Part shown: in pieces, positions 48,961 to 61,183 of the stretch
Position numbering within the stretch: the first letter of the stretch is position 1
Layout of the letters: each line of letters begins with the position of its first letter
Origin: Okamejei kenojei
Lineage: Eukaryota
Assembly (NCBI GenBank): GCA_035221665.1
Contig: CM069171.1
Span: 10,478,001 to 10,542,000 of the forward strand
DNA: 64,000 nucleotides
Direction of reading: 5' to 3'
Notes under the pieces: model-generated
The model's database searches: none
The model's input: only the letters and a program-made list of their open reading frames with translations
What the model was told of the DNA's origin: nothing
Position numbers and translations under genes: made by a program

Positions 48961-49651
48961 TGTGATCATGGCTGATCATCCACAATCAGTACCCCGTTCC
49001 TGTCTTCTCCCCATATCCCCTTGAATCCGCTACCTTTAAGAGCCCAGCTAACTCATTCTTGAAAGTGTCCAGAGAACCGGCCTCCACTGCCCTCTGAGGC
49101 ACAGAATTCCACAGACTCACAACTCTGTGTGAAGAAGTGTTTCCCCATCTCCGTTCTAAATGGCTTACTCCTTACTCTTAAACTGTGGCCGCTGGTTCAG
49201 GACTCCCCCAACATCAGGAACCTGTTTTCCGTCTCTAGAGTGTCCAAACCCTTTATAATCTTATATGTTTCAATAAGATCCCCTCTCATCTTTCTAAATT
49301 CTAGAGTGTACAAGCCCAGCCGCTCCATTCTCTCAGCATATGACAGTCCCGCCATCCCAGGAAATAACCTGGTGAACCTAAGCTGAACTCTCCAAGTAGC
49401 AAAAATGCCCTTCCTCAAAATTGGAGACACAATACTCCAGGTCTCACCAGGGCCCTGTACAAATGCAGATGGACCTCTTTGCTCCTGGACACAACTCCTC
49501 TTGTTCTGAAGGCCAACAAAGCTTTTGCAAGAAGGCCAACCATTCTCCACGTTGGAAGCAAACGTCCACATGTGGAGCAGTGGTTGAGGAACAACTTCCT
49601 GTGGCTCCGGAACAGATGAGCAAGGCTCAATCTCATCGGTCAGAAGAAAAA

Positions 49652-50500
49652 CAGCTGGAGGAACTCAGTGGGTCAGGTAACATATGTGGAGAGGATGATG
49701 GGAAGATGATGTTTTGGATCACTGCCCTTCAAGAGTCCATTCAGCAGGTCAGTTAACGACGACAGCTGATAGCAGAGGTTGATGATCACCATGGACTGGA
49801 ATAACACATGGTTGTAGATCCCAAAGGCCAATCTTGCTCCACGTTCTTGACCGTCCACACCTGGCGCTGGAGAAGCTGTTGAGGAACAAGTTGGTGGGAT
49901 TTCTTATGGCCCCGGTTCTCCTCTAGCTGATGTGAAGGGGCAAACATGAAACATCTGCCGCCTGATGTGGTCGCCAGCTGTTTACGAGGAACTTCCCCCC
50001 CAAAAACTTGCAGGAAACGCCACTGGAGCAGATGAGGAGTCAGAGCCAGATGAGTTTGACAAATTTCTTAAACACCGTGGATTCTCACGTGCAACAGGTC
50101 GCTGTCTGCTGTACTGGGAAATGTTGACGATGAAGTCTTTGGAGGGAAAGTTCCTCGCAAACTGCTGGCATTCACATCAGTCGGCAGATGTTTCATGTTT
50201 TCCCCTTCACACCATCTGGAGGAGATGCTGGGCGACTAGAAATCCCACCAAGTTGTTCCTCAACAGCTTCTCCAGCGCCAGTTGTGGAAGGTCACAGAGA
50301 ACATGGAGCAAGATTGGCCTTTGGGATCTTCAACGGTGTGTCATCCCAGATCATGGTGATCATCAACCTCTGCTCCCTACTGTCGCGGGAAACTGACCTG
50401 TTAAATGGAGACAAGAATGGAGTCTTGAAGGGTCACGATCCAAAATGTCGCCTGTCCATTCCCTCCGCAGGTGCTGCCTGACCCGCTGAGTTCCTCCAGC
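49652..50500. repeat. Large palindrome 2 (arms ~49652-50010 / 50140-50500)
   Basis: agctggaggaactcagtgggtcagg vs cctgacccgctgagttcctccagct; same module as palindrome 1. Confidence 0.85.
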
Positions 50501-50762
50501 TCTTTTTCTTCTTCCCGAGGAGATTGAACCTCACGGATCTCCGACAAGATCTCGGTCTGGAAGCACATTTTGGCCGCGGCCTCAAGGCCGGTCCAGGGGC
50601 GCTGGATCTACTCGGAGCCAACCTGACCTGCAGATGTTTTTGCGCAGCTGGACTTGCAGGGACTTAAGCGCCGGTGATTGTGTGTAACCTCCGCGAACAC
50701 CATCGATGGAGCAGAATGACACAAGAAAGAGACTCCCCGCCCTCACCCCCCTTCATACTCAC

Positions 50763-51340
50763 CCCTCGCTCCTCTGGACAGGGCGGGTGGGAAGGGAGTG
50801 ACCCCTGAGAGGATATTTAATTAAACTGGGGGAGAGGGGCGTTGTCCTTTTGGCCTTGACCCTTGGTCGTGGCCGGAACACAGACCCGGTTCCGGCCGGT
50901 GAAGGCCTCGCTGACCCTAGGATGCCCACAGCGATGGATTGTGTTCCTTGAAGGAATACCCCCCCCCTGGGCGCCGGCTGGTCCAACTCGCGGTGGGGCG
51001 CGCTTCGAGGTATCCTTCTCACTTCCACTGGTGGACACTGTGGACCAACGATCCGCTACTTGCTTTGGAACAGCTCCCGCCTTTTATAGACTCCCCCAAT
51101 TGTCCTCCCCGCGCTCCCCCTCAGCTGACCATCTGGTCCATGCTCCGGCCACGGCGGCGTTGGGCCATTGGGGTCGGACAGTCCATCCATTGGCGGAGAC
51201 TCTCTGTCCGTTCTGCGCAAAATCCCGCCAAACTTCAGCGTGCCAAGGAAAGGTCGTGCGAAGCCGATGTCCGTTCGCGTCCGGCCACGAGCCCGCGTTA
51301 ACCCCCTCACCGCCAACGGCACCAACCGGACCTGGAGTGA
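50763..51340 (-). promoter_or_regulatory. Candidate CpG promoter (E2F, CCAAT, TATA) and first exon
   Basis: Minus strand: TTTGGCGGGA 51223-51232, CCAAT at 51189 and 51167, TATAAAA 51082-51088; donor GGG|GTGAGT at 50763/2. Confidence 0.5.
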
Positions 51341-51579
51341 GATGAGGGACACTGAGGAAGAATTTGAGGGACCACTTTGGTCACTGAGGAATTGAAGGAC
51401 ACTTGAGGTGTCAGTTGGACACCAATAAACTGAGGACTGCCGATTGAGAGTCATATGGGGAGCATCACCGGACCATAAGAAACATAGAAACATAGAACAA
51501 TAGGTTGCCGGAGGAAGGCCATTTCGCCCTTCGAGCCAGCACCGCCATTCATTGTGGAGGGGGGCCGCGAAAATTAAAT

Positions 51580-52130
51580 GGTGACGAGGACATTGTGGAG
51601 TGAGGCAACCATTGAGTGATGAGGGACATTGAGAGAATGATGGGACATTGTGAGGGGATGGGGACAGTTGAGGGATGAGGGACATGAGGGGATGAATGAC
51701 CATTGAGGGATGAAGGGGACATTGAGGGGATGAGGGACATGAGGGGATGAGGGACATTGAGGGATGAAGGACAATTGAGTGGATGAATTGACCATGAGGG
51801 TATGAGGTACATTGAGGGGATGAGGGACATTGAGGGGATGAGGGACAATGAGGGGATGCAGGGAACATGAGTGGATGATGGACATTGAGGACGTGGGATG
51901 CGGGACATTGAATAGGATGGAGGTACATGTAGGTGATGAGGGACATTGAGTGGTATGAGGGAACAATCAGGGGATGAGGACATTAGAGGGGGATGAGGGA
52001 AGTGCCTGGCTCATTGAGTGTCTGGTGGATTGTTGAAGGAATGAAGACACTGATGGAATGAGGCACGTTGAGGCGGTGAGGGGCATGAGGAACTCGGACG
52101 GACGATGGCTGAGGATTAAGGGCAGTTGAG
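51580..52130. repeat. ~18-bp minisatellite (gggacattgaggggatga)n
   Basis: Tandem units visible. Confidence 0.9.
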
Positions 52131-53254
52131 GGGGCCAACTCCTGAGTGTGAACCTCGCACATGGGAAGGGTCCACTTCTCCCCATGGGGGGCAACATGAA
52201 GTTCAGGAAAAAGGAAGATGTTGGACTAACTGTGGTATAACATTAGCAATATTGGTTTTATTCCCCAAAGAACCGCAGATGCCAGATTTACAAAACAAGA
52301 CACAAATTACTGGATTAAACACAACTGGTCAATCTACAAAAAAAAGTTGCAGAGCTAGAAGGAGTTATTTGCCAACGTCTGGTGATGCAACCTTTCTGAA
52401 CCTTTTCGCCTCACTGCACAAGGGAGAAGTAAATGAATGACCAATACTGTTTGTTAAAATTTGTTATGAAGGCCTAACATGCCATTCCATTCTTCATTGC
52501 CTGGACACCCAATACTTTCCCCTTTTCTAACTGACACCAGTCAGATAATAATCGCCCTTCCTGTTCTGGGAACCAAAGACAATACACACACTGGGGACAA
52601 TTTTACATTTATAACCAAGCCAACTAAACCTACCAAACCTGTACGTCTTTGGAAAGTATCCAATAAAAGCCATCCAAGAAGGATAACCGTAGATCTCTGA
52701 GAAAATTCCACGCAGGTCAACGAGGAAACGTACAAACTCCATACAGACACACCGCGAGACAGGATCGAACGACCCGGTCTCTGGCGGCTGTTAAAGTCCG
52801 TACAGTTCTAAACGCAGCTCCATTGTGCTCCCCTAAACAATTCATCCACAATCCGATATAAATCTCCAATTCTATTCTCAATCTCAACCTTCAAGTTTCA
52901 TGACCCTCTGCAGAAGACCAATTATATTGTCTTAAAGCCATACGTCGATCCCAGATTCTGACACCACTCCCTTTGCTCTGAAGTTCTCCTGAGGGAGGGA
53001 AAAAAAAAGTATATCCTACCACAGTGTCACCTCAATATAATAATCCTCTTCCGTCCCCCCCTACCCCTCAAGCCTCTATGTTCCTGATCACCTTTGACTA
53101 CAGGTTCAACTACTCAAGAGTCAAGTGATCACAAAATGCTGGAGTAAAACTCACGGGACAGACAGCATCTCTGGAGAGAAAGAATGGGTGACGATTCGGT
53201 CGAGACCCTTCTGCCAAACTGATGTCAGAGGAGTGGGAGGTACTTATAATATTA

Positions 53255-55095
53255 GAAATATAGAAACAAAGAAATTAGGTGCAGGAGTAGGCCATTCGCC
53301 CTTCGAGCCATGCACCGCCATTCAAATGATCATGGCTGATCATCCTAACTCAGTATCCCGTACCAGCCTTTTCTCTCCCTACCCTACCCCCTGAAACCCC
53401 TTAGTCCACAAGGGCTACATCTCTAACTCCCTCTTAAATAATACCATGAACTGGCCTCAACTACCCTCTGTGGCCAGATAGTTCCAGAGACACCACCACT
53501 CTCTGTGTGAAAAAAGTATTTCTCATTTCGGTCTTAAAAGATTTCCTCCCCCTTATACCTTAACATCGACCCCATGTCCTGGACTTCCCCAACATCGGTA
53601 AACAATCTTCCTGGCATCAAGCTATTCCAACCCCTAAGAATTTTGTAAGTTTCTATAAGATTCCTTCTCAAATCTCGTATATTCCTAGAGATTAATAGAC
53701 CGATCTATCCAGTCTTTACTACATAAGACAGTCCTGACATCCCAGGAATCAGTTCTCCTGGTGAACGCTTCTCTGCACTCCCTCTATGGCAATTCATGTC
53801 CTTCCTCAGATTGGACACCAGAATGTACACAATACTCCCAGGTGTGGTCACACCCAGACCCAATACAACTGAAGTAGAACCGCCCCAGCTCCTATACACA
53901 ACCTCCTTTTATGAAAGCCTAACATACCATTCCCTTTTTTTCAACTGCCCTGCTGCAGAGTTTACCAGCAATGCCTACATTTCAATGACGGTGTACCATG
54001 CCTTGCTGCATCTCCCCTTTCCTATTCGCCACCATTTACCTCTTATAGTCCGCTTTCCGTTTTTTGCCACCAATAGAGGATAACCTCCACATTTTATCCA
54101 CATTAAACAGCATCTTCCAAAACATTGCCCACTCAACCCCTAGATCCTAACCATGTCACCTTGCAGTCTCCTAGCATCCTCCACACAAGCTAACCTAAAC
54201 CCCCTAGTCTTATTCACTGCAAATTGAGATATTGCCTTCAAATACCCTCATCCAGCAATCATTAATAAAAATATTGAAAAAATAGCTGGGGTCGCAGCAA
54301 CTGAGCCCTGCGGTACCCCCTAGTTCCTGCCTGCCATTGGTGACAAGGACCCGTGTTACTCATAACACTTGCTTCCTGTTTGCCAGCCAGAGTTCTCTAT
54401 CCACATCCAATACCAACTGAGGACCCCCAATGTCCGTATGCATTAAAGTTTGTATACTAATCTCTCTATATGTCGGACCCTTGTCTGAAAAAGCCCTTCT
54501 GAAATTCCAATACACCACATACACTGGTCACCCAACCTCGCTAACTATACTGAGTTACATCCTCAAAAAAATTTCCACAAGATTCGTCAGACATGATTTT
54601 ACCTTACATAAATCCAACCATGCTGACTTTGTCCAATGAATTCACCACTTTCCTAAAATCGTGCTGCTATCCCCTCTTTAATAACTGACTCAACATTTTC
54701 CCCCTAACACCCCCTACCGACGTTGAGACTAACTGGTCTATAATAATTCCTCCGTTTTTTTTCCCCCCTCTCCCTCCCCTTCTAAAAAGAGGTGTTACGT
54801 TTTGCTACCCGCCAATTCACCTCAGAAAACCCACTCCAGAATCTAAAGAGTTTGAAAGAATATCACTAGATTGCAACCAACAATTTCCGAGCTACTTCCT
54901 TAAAATACCCTGGGATGCTGCCTATCTGGCCCTGTGAATTATCGGCCATTTCCAATTTAACCCCAACACCACACTATCCCGACTAACCTGGATTACCAAC
55001 TTCATTCTTCCTTTGACACCGCTTTCCTCACTGCTAATTCCCGGCAGATTATTTATGTACTTTCCTTAGTGAAGACGAAACCAAAGTTAATTCTT
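53255..55095 (-). mobile_element. Long CR1 fragment (error-rich)
   Basis: Reverse tail tagaaatatagaaac..aggtgcaggagtaggcc and RT remnants (gcaactgagccctgcggtacccc, catgctgactttg). Confidence 0.75.
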
Positions 55096-55811
55096 CAATT
55101 GGTCAAGGGTACACAAAAGTCTGGAGAAAACTCAGCTGGTGGTGCAGCCATCTAAGGAGCGAAGGAGATAGGCTAGACGTTTCAGGTCGAGACCACCTTC
55201 TTGCCGGACTGGTCAGGGGAAACAGGGAAACGAGAGATATAGACTTCAAATTGGTCAATATGGAAGTGTATGGATAGTTTACTTGCCCGCAATTTGTGTC
55301 TCTATCTTCGATTTAAAACCATCACAGCATTTACTTCCACCACAAGAGTCAAGAGTGATTCATTATCAATATGTTCCAGCAATGAACAATTACATTTATT
55401 ATTTTGCCGCAGATTAACAAGCCCATTAATTGCCATGAACACATATCAAGATCTATTATCAATATTAATTATAAATTATTAACATTAATAACCCGGTAAC
55501 CATAATAGCGCAAAAAACCAATATCCATACCACAAATGCAGTGCAGAGTATTGATCACAGTTGCTGGGTTTAGTGTTGTGGCAGTGTTCAAGAGCTTGAT
55601 GTTGCCTGGGAAAAGCTCTGTTCTTGAACCTGGAGGTCATAATTTTCAGCTCCGAGCACCACATGATCCTGAAGGTAGCAGCGAGGTGAGAGGGGCCATG
55701 GCGATGTAGGATCTTTTTAAATTAAATGATAATCGGCCTGCCTTCTTGAGGCAATGCTTTCCAATAGAATGCAATCCTCACAATACAACTCCTCATCCCA
55801 TGGTTTCAAAC

Positions 55812-55932
55812 CTTATTCTTCACTTTGTCAGTCAATAACTTTAGTTGACATCTACAGTGTATTGAGTTTTGGATTTCGACTTTTCTCAATCTCAAAATTA
55901 ATTTGCCATCCGATGCTCACAGCAGAAAATGT
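55812..55932 (-). CDS. Candidate internal exon (..SDGKLILRLRKVEIQNS..LKLLTDKVKNK)
   Basis: Acceptor gttatctctttgccag|, donor AAG|GTTTGA in phase 0 (fits the 26-nt exon); one TGA in low-quality sequence. Confidence 0.35.
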
Positions 55933-57449
55933 CTGGCAAAGAGATAACAATAATTCAGTTAAGCAGCTTTCTTTGATTATAACTTGGAACCAGTTTGCTT
56001 CAGGACTCTGAGAATGAAGTTACTGCCTAGGAAGACAAACAATCTCTCTTTACAATATAAAAATCTAATACTTGCTTAATAACTTGACAATACACATTGA
56101 GACATTGGACCTTAGGGCTTTGTCAGAATCTCTGCAGCTAGTAATGCGTTTGGCCTCATAGTGGCTTGGTTAGCACTTGTTGGGAAGCAGTACTTACAAC
56201 CTAGAACACGTACAGCTCAGAACAGAACCTTCGCCCACAAATAATCCATACCCAGAGTGACGTGATTGCAGATAATCTAAATCTCGTCTGCCAGCACATG
56301 ATCCATATCCCTCCATTCCCTAGAACAACACTTGCCTGTCTAAAAGCCTCTTAAACACCACTAATGTATCTGGCCTCCAACCACCACCCTGGCAGCGCGA
56401 TCCCAGGCACCCACCACTATCTGTATTAAAAAAACATCCCTTGCTTATCGCCTTTAAACTTCACCTCGCTCTCAGCTTAAAAGCTATGCCGTCGCGTGGA
56501 GATCTTTGACAATTCTATGCGCGAATTTCATTTGTACAAGCGGGGTGGAAGATTGCAACCATCTCCACGTGTTCCGCCCTTTTTCCGACTAAAACAATCA
56601 ACTCGAACGTGCCACAAACGGAAGATCAAAATAGAACAAGTTTTCCTACAACTTAATTAAGGTTGGTGCACGCCACAAGAACCGAAAGAAGAATTTTCAA
56701 GCTCCGCGTAGGTGGGTTAAAAAGAGAATAAATATAATGCTTATTAAAAAAAAATATTTTGACGATATATTGATATATGTTCTATAGGTGATATGGACCA
56801 AACAGCCAGGCAAAAGTTATTAGCTTAGAATAGACTTCTTGGGCAGCATGTCACAGGTTGGGCAGAAGGGCCTTTTTGAACTGTAACGTATTACTGAATC
56901 AGTTTCCATTCATTTAGTATTATATGTCACAGTCAGTGAAAAGCTTTTTGTTGGCATAGATGAGGTGAATCGGTCACAATAAAATTGTCCCAGCGTAGGG
57001 AGAACTAAAACTGAGATGGAGTAGTAAAAGTTTAAGGGAAAAGATTTAATAACGGACCATTAAGTGCAGCTTTTCAATACAGAGGGTCTAGGTTATAGGA
57101 ATGAGCTGCAGAAAGGAACTCTTTCCTTTCCTCTCCGAATGAGCTGCCTGTCCTGCCTGAGTTACTCCATCTTTTTGTGTCCAATTATTCAGATATTCAT
57201 GCAACAAAGATGAACTGTGTGACAGGAGCCTGATGTGAATCATGCGCCTATTGCTCATAATTCGAGAGAACCATTTGTTTAAATTAAATCTGTTCTTTTT
57301 TCATTTTGGACGGACACAGTGCATGCGTATTGCAGATTATGGGTATTAATTGAAACACCGTGCAAAAACGTAATGACTGCAGGTATTTGGTGAGAGCGGA
57401 AGAGTAGCTGGATTACTGAAATTTTCTTTCATGTCAGAATAATACTCAC

Positions 57450-57540
57450 TGTAATAGCGAGCTTCGGGTACAGAAGCGACCGTCATTTGACGCCTGTCAG
57501 TGTACGAAGCGTATTCTTTTTTGGACCTCATCCAAGTCAA
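57450..57540 (-). CDS. Candidate internal exon (frame uncertain)
   Basis: Donor ACA|GTGAGT; pyrimidine tract upstream but no clean AG; noisy region. Confidence 0.25.
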
Positions 57541-58739
57541 AAAAATTAAACAGAGAAATCCGATGACTGATGAAAATAAAATCTATCTCCCCAGGTAAAG
57601 GGAAAGTGGAACAGCACCTGTATTCGGAACAAAATGTGTTCGGACTCAGAGAGCGATAGGTGACAGTTATTATCAAGGTGAGGAGACATAAGTTAAGGCA
57701 AGAGAGGATGCTGGTGTAAGTTAATGGGAAAAGGGAAATAGAGGTTCTGGGAGGCGAATATACAGGGGTGAAGAGAAATAATCTGTTTTCCCACAGTAGA
57801 AAGGTGACTAATTCATTGTAATGTATTGTATATTACATTATAATAAATTTTTCCTGAGTACATACATACCAGAGGAAAACAAAAGCGTTTCTTACTCAAC
57901 CAGTGTCCATTCAGTGTGGCTGTAAAAAATAAAATAGAAATAAAGAATAAAAAGTAACATAAAACTCACGAGTTCCATCGTCAGTGGGGCACGACAATGG
58001 CTCAGCTTCAGTGTGTCACAGGTTGGAGTTTGTGTGGGCGCGAACTTTTGGCATGGGCAAATCCCATTTATCAGTCTGGTGTCTTGTAGCCCGCGGGAAG
58101 AAGCTGAGGATCAACCTGTCGGTTTTGCAGCTGATGCTCCTGTAACCTCTTCCCCAGATGGCAGAATGGAGACATATGAGATGCGATGCGGTGGTAGGGG
58201 TCTTGATTGGATGGAGATGGCTCTGCTATACCATCTCTTCCTGATATGTCCAGCAATAAAGAGAGTGGAGCTGGGCTTAGATATCAAATTAGTAAGGACA
58301 AGCCATCAGCGATGCAGCAATAGAGCAGCTGGCCCTCGTAGGAGCCAGAACCTGGGTGGCGTCCTGACCCAGGTCTGTCTGTGTGGCCGAGGACCTTTTT
58401 TCGTTCAAATGTCGTCCCCAACTCACGGAACTACCTGAATTTTAAACAATATTGTGTAAAAATATATAAATTCGTCTCCAGAAACTCGTCAAGACCAAAA
58501 ACCTGCTCATTTTTTAAAAAATAATGAGAAGCAGCTCAAACTTTCCGAGTAGTAATTTGATCAAGTCAATGCATGTTTGACATTGAGGTCGTACGCAATA
58601 ATTGACCACTCCCGGTCTCGAAACAGCGAGGACCCTGGGATTATAGCGCCTCCTCATTACAATCAAAAACAAAGAAGGGGGTCTGAAGAAGGGTTACGAC
58701 CCAGACGAAGTGGGGCGGAGGCTTCCAGGAGGGCCGTGA

Positions 58740-61160
58740 CGGGCGGCGCCGTGGGCGGAGGGGGCCGGGGCCGGGCCCGGGAGGTCGGCGCCTTTTGGTT
58801 GGGGGGGGGGGGGGGGGGCGGAGGGCCGTGCCGGGCCGGAAGGGCTGGCGCTGTGGCGGCAGGCCTGGCCGGGCCGGGCCTGGGAGGCGGCGCTGTGGGC
58901 AGGAGGGGCCCGGCCGGGCCGTTCTATACGGGGGGGCGGCGCTGTGGGCGGAGAGAGTGGCTCATGAGGCGGCGCTGTGAGGGTGGAGGGGCCGGGAAGG
59001 CTGTCGTGTTTGGGCCGGAAGGGCAGGGAGGCGCGCTGTGGGCGGATGGGCCGGGCCGGGCCGGGGCCTGGGGGGGCGAGGCGCTGTGGTGGGGAGGGCC
59101 GGGGGGCGGCGCTGTGGTGTGAGGGCCGGGCCGGCCCGGAGAGGCGGCGGCTGTGGGCGGATGGGCCGGGCCCGGGCCGGGATGCGGCGCTGTGGGCGGA
59201 AGGGCCGGGCCCGGGCCGGGAAGCGGGCGCTGCTGTGGGCAGAGGGCCGGTCCGTGCCGGGGGGGCTGGCCGCTGTGGGTGGGAGAGGCGCGGGCGGCTG
59301 GGCCGGGCAGGGCCGGGAGCGGCGCTGTGGGCATAGGGCCGGGCCGGGCCGGGCCACATCCGGGAGGCGGCGCTTGGGCAGAGGTGCGCCGGGGCAGGCC
59401 GCTGGCTGTGGGCGAGGGGCGGGGGCCGGCGCTGTGGGTGAAGGGCCAGGCCGGTCCGGGCTGGTCCGGAGGCGCTCTGTGGTGGATAGGGCCTGTGCTG
59501 GGCCTTGGGGGGATGGCGGCGCGCGGAGGGAGGAGGGCTGGCCGGGCCGCCGTGGGGACGGCAGCAGTGGTCGGAGGGCCGGGCACCGGTGCCCGGGCCA
59601 CGGGAGGGCGGCGCTGTGGGGGCGTAAAGGGCCGGGGCCGGGGGGGCCGGGCCGGGGGGGCGGCGCTGTGTTGGGGTGGAGTGCCGGGCCAGGGGGGGGC
59701 GGGCGCTGTGGGCGGATGGCCGGTAGGCAGCGCTGTTGTGCGGAGGGCGGGCCCGGGCACGGAGGGCTGCGGCTGTGCAGGAGGGCTGGGCGCGGCCGGG
59801 CCGGGCCGGGATGGGGGCGGCGCTGTGAGCGGAGGGGCCGCCGGGAGGCGGCGCTGTGGGCGGAGGGGGCCCCCTGAGGCGGCGCTGTGGGCGGAGAGGG
59901 CCGGGGCCGGGCAAACCGGGAGGTCGGCGGCTGAGTGGGCGGAGGGCCACGCTTGGCTGGGGCCGGGGCCGGGCCGGGCACGGGCGGGGAGGGGGGGAAA
60001 GGGCGGCGCTGTGGGGTGGAGGGCCGGGCCGGTGCCGGGAAGGCGGCGCTGTTTGTGCGAGGGCCCGGGCCGGGCACGAGGGGCGTACGCTGTGGGGCGG
60101 AGGGCCGGCCTGCCGGCCGGGGGCGGCGCGTGGGCGGTGGGCCGGCCGGGCCCCGGGGATGACGGCGCTGTGGGCGGAGGCCGGCCGGGCAGGGCGGAGC
60201 GGCGCTGTGGCGCCGGAGGGCCGGGACGGGACGGGAGGCAGGGCTGTGGGCGGAGGGCCGCGGCGGGCCGGGAGGCGGCGCTTGTGGGCGGTAGGGCCGG
60301 GCCGGGCCGCGGCCGGGAGGTCCGGCGTGAGTCGGGCGGAGGGCCGGGGCCGGGCCGGGAGGCGGTCGATCGGTTTTTCCCTTCGTGGGCCGGAGGGACG
60401 GGGCCGGGCCGGCGCCGGGACGGCTGGCGCCTGTGGGCGGGGGCACGGGCCGGGCCGGGAGGCGGCGATCCGGAGGGCGGAGGGCCGGGAGGGCGGCGCG
60501 CTGTGGGCGGAGGGCCGGGCGGTGAGGCGGCGGCTGTGTGGGCGGAGGACGGGCCGGGCCGGGAGGGCGGCGCTGTGGGCGGCAGGGCCGGCCGGGCCGG
60601 GAGGCGGCGCTGTGTGCGGTGGCCGGGACGGGCCGCGGAGGCGGCGCTGTGGCGGGAGGGTCGTGGAGGCGGCGCTGTGGGCGGAGGGCGGGCCCTGGGC
60701 CGGGCCGGGAGGCGGCGCTGTGGGCGGAGGGCCGGGCCGGGCCGGGAGGCGGCGCTGTGGGCGGAGGGCCGGGCCGGCCCGGGAGGCTGGCGCTGTGGGC
60801 GGAGGGCTTGGGCCGGGCGCGGGGAGCTGGCGCTGTGGGCGGAGGGCCGGGCCGGGCGGGACGGCGGCGCTGTGGGCGGAGGTGCCGGGGGAGGCGGCGC
60901 TGTGGGTGGAGGGCCGGGCCAGGGGTGCGGGCGATGTGGGCGGAGGGCTGGGCTGGGCCGGGCCGGGCCGGGAGGCTGGCGCTGTGGGTGGAGGGCAGGG
61001 GGCCGGGGCCGGGTCAGGGCGGCGCTGTGGGCGGAGGGCCGGGTCGGGCCCGGAGGGGCGGCACGCTATTGTGGGCCGGAGGGGCCGGGCGGGCGGGGGC
61101 GGCGTGTGGGCGGAGGGCCGGGTCGGGGGCCGTCGGGCGCGGGGCGGGGGCGCCTCGTGG
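58740..61160. repeat. GC-rich VNTR, ~32-37-bp unit (gggccgggccgggaggcggcgctgtgggcgga)
   Basis: Dozens of ggcggcgctgtgggcgga cores. Confidence 0.95.
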
Positions 61161-61164
61161 CGGA

Positions 61165-61180
61165 ATACTATCTCTCTATG
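61165..61180. other. Sequencing artefact: PacBio barcode remnant
   Basis: Same 16-mer as 13235-13250, again just before a 500-N gap. Confidence 0.85.
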
Positions 61181-61183
61181 ACG

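Larger units (their letters stand above)
33530..50500. repeat. Locally amplified mosaic of RTE, Rex/Babar, Penelope-end and unknown modules
   Basis: The same blocks recur in both orientations, e.g. cagatcttgtcct at ~33647 and ~37749 with variants at ~35944 and ~40256; caacagcttctccag at ~35517, 38996, 50261. Confidence 0.8.

Noticed and set aside
51056-51983. 296-aa minus ORF with CPSSPQ repeats
   Set aside because: Minisatellite plus CR1 tail translation.
58013-58438. 141-aa ORF with LYHLFLICP
   Set aside because: At most a degenerate L1/Tx1 zinc-knuckle remnant in noisy sequence; not a host gene call.
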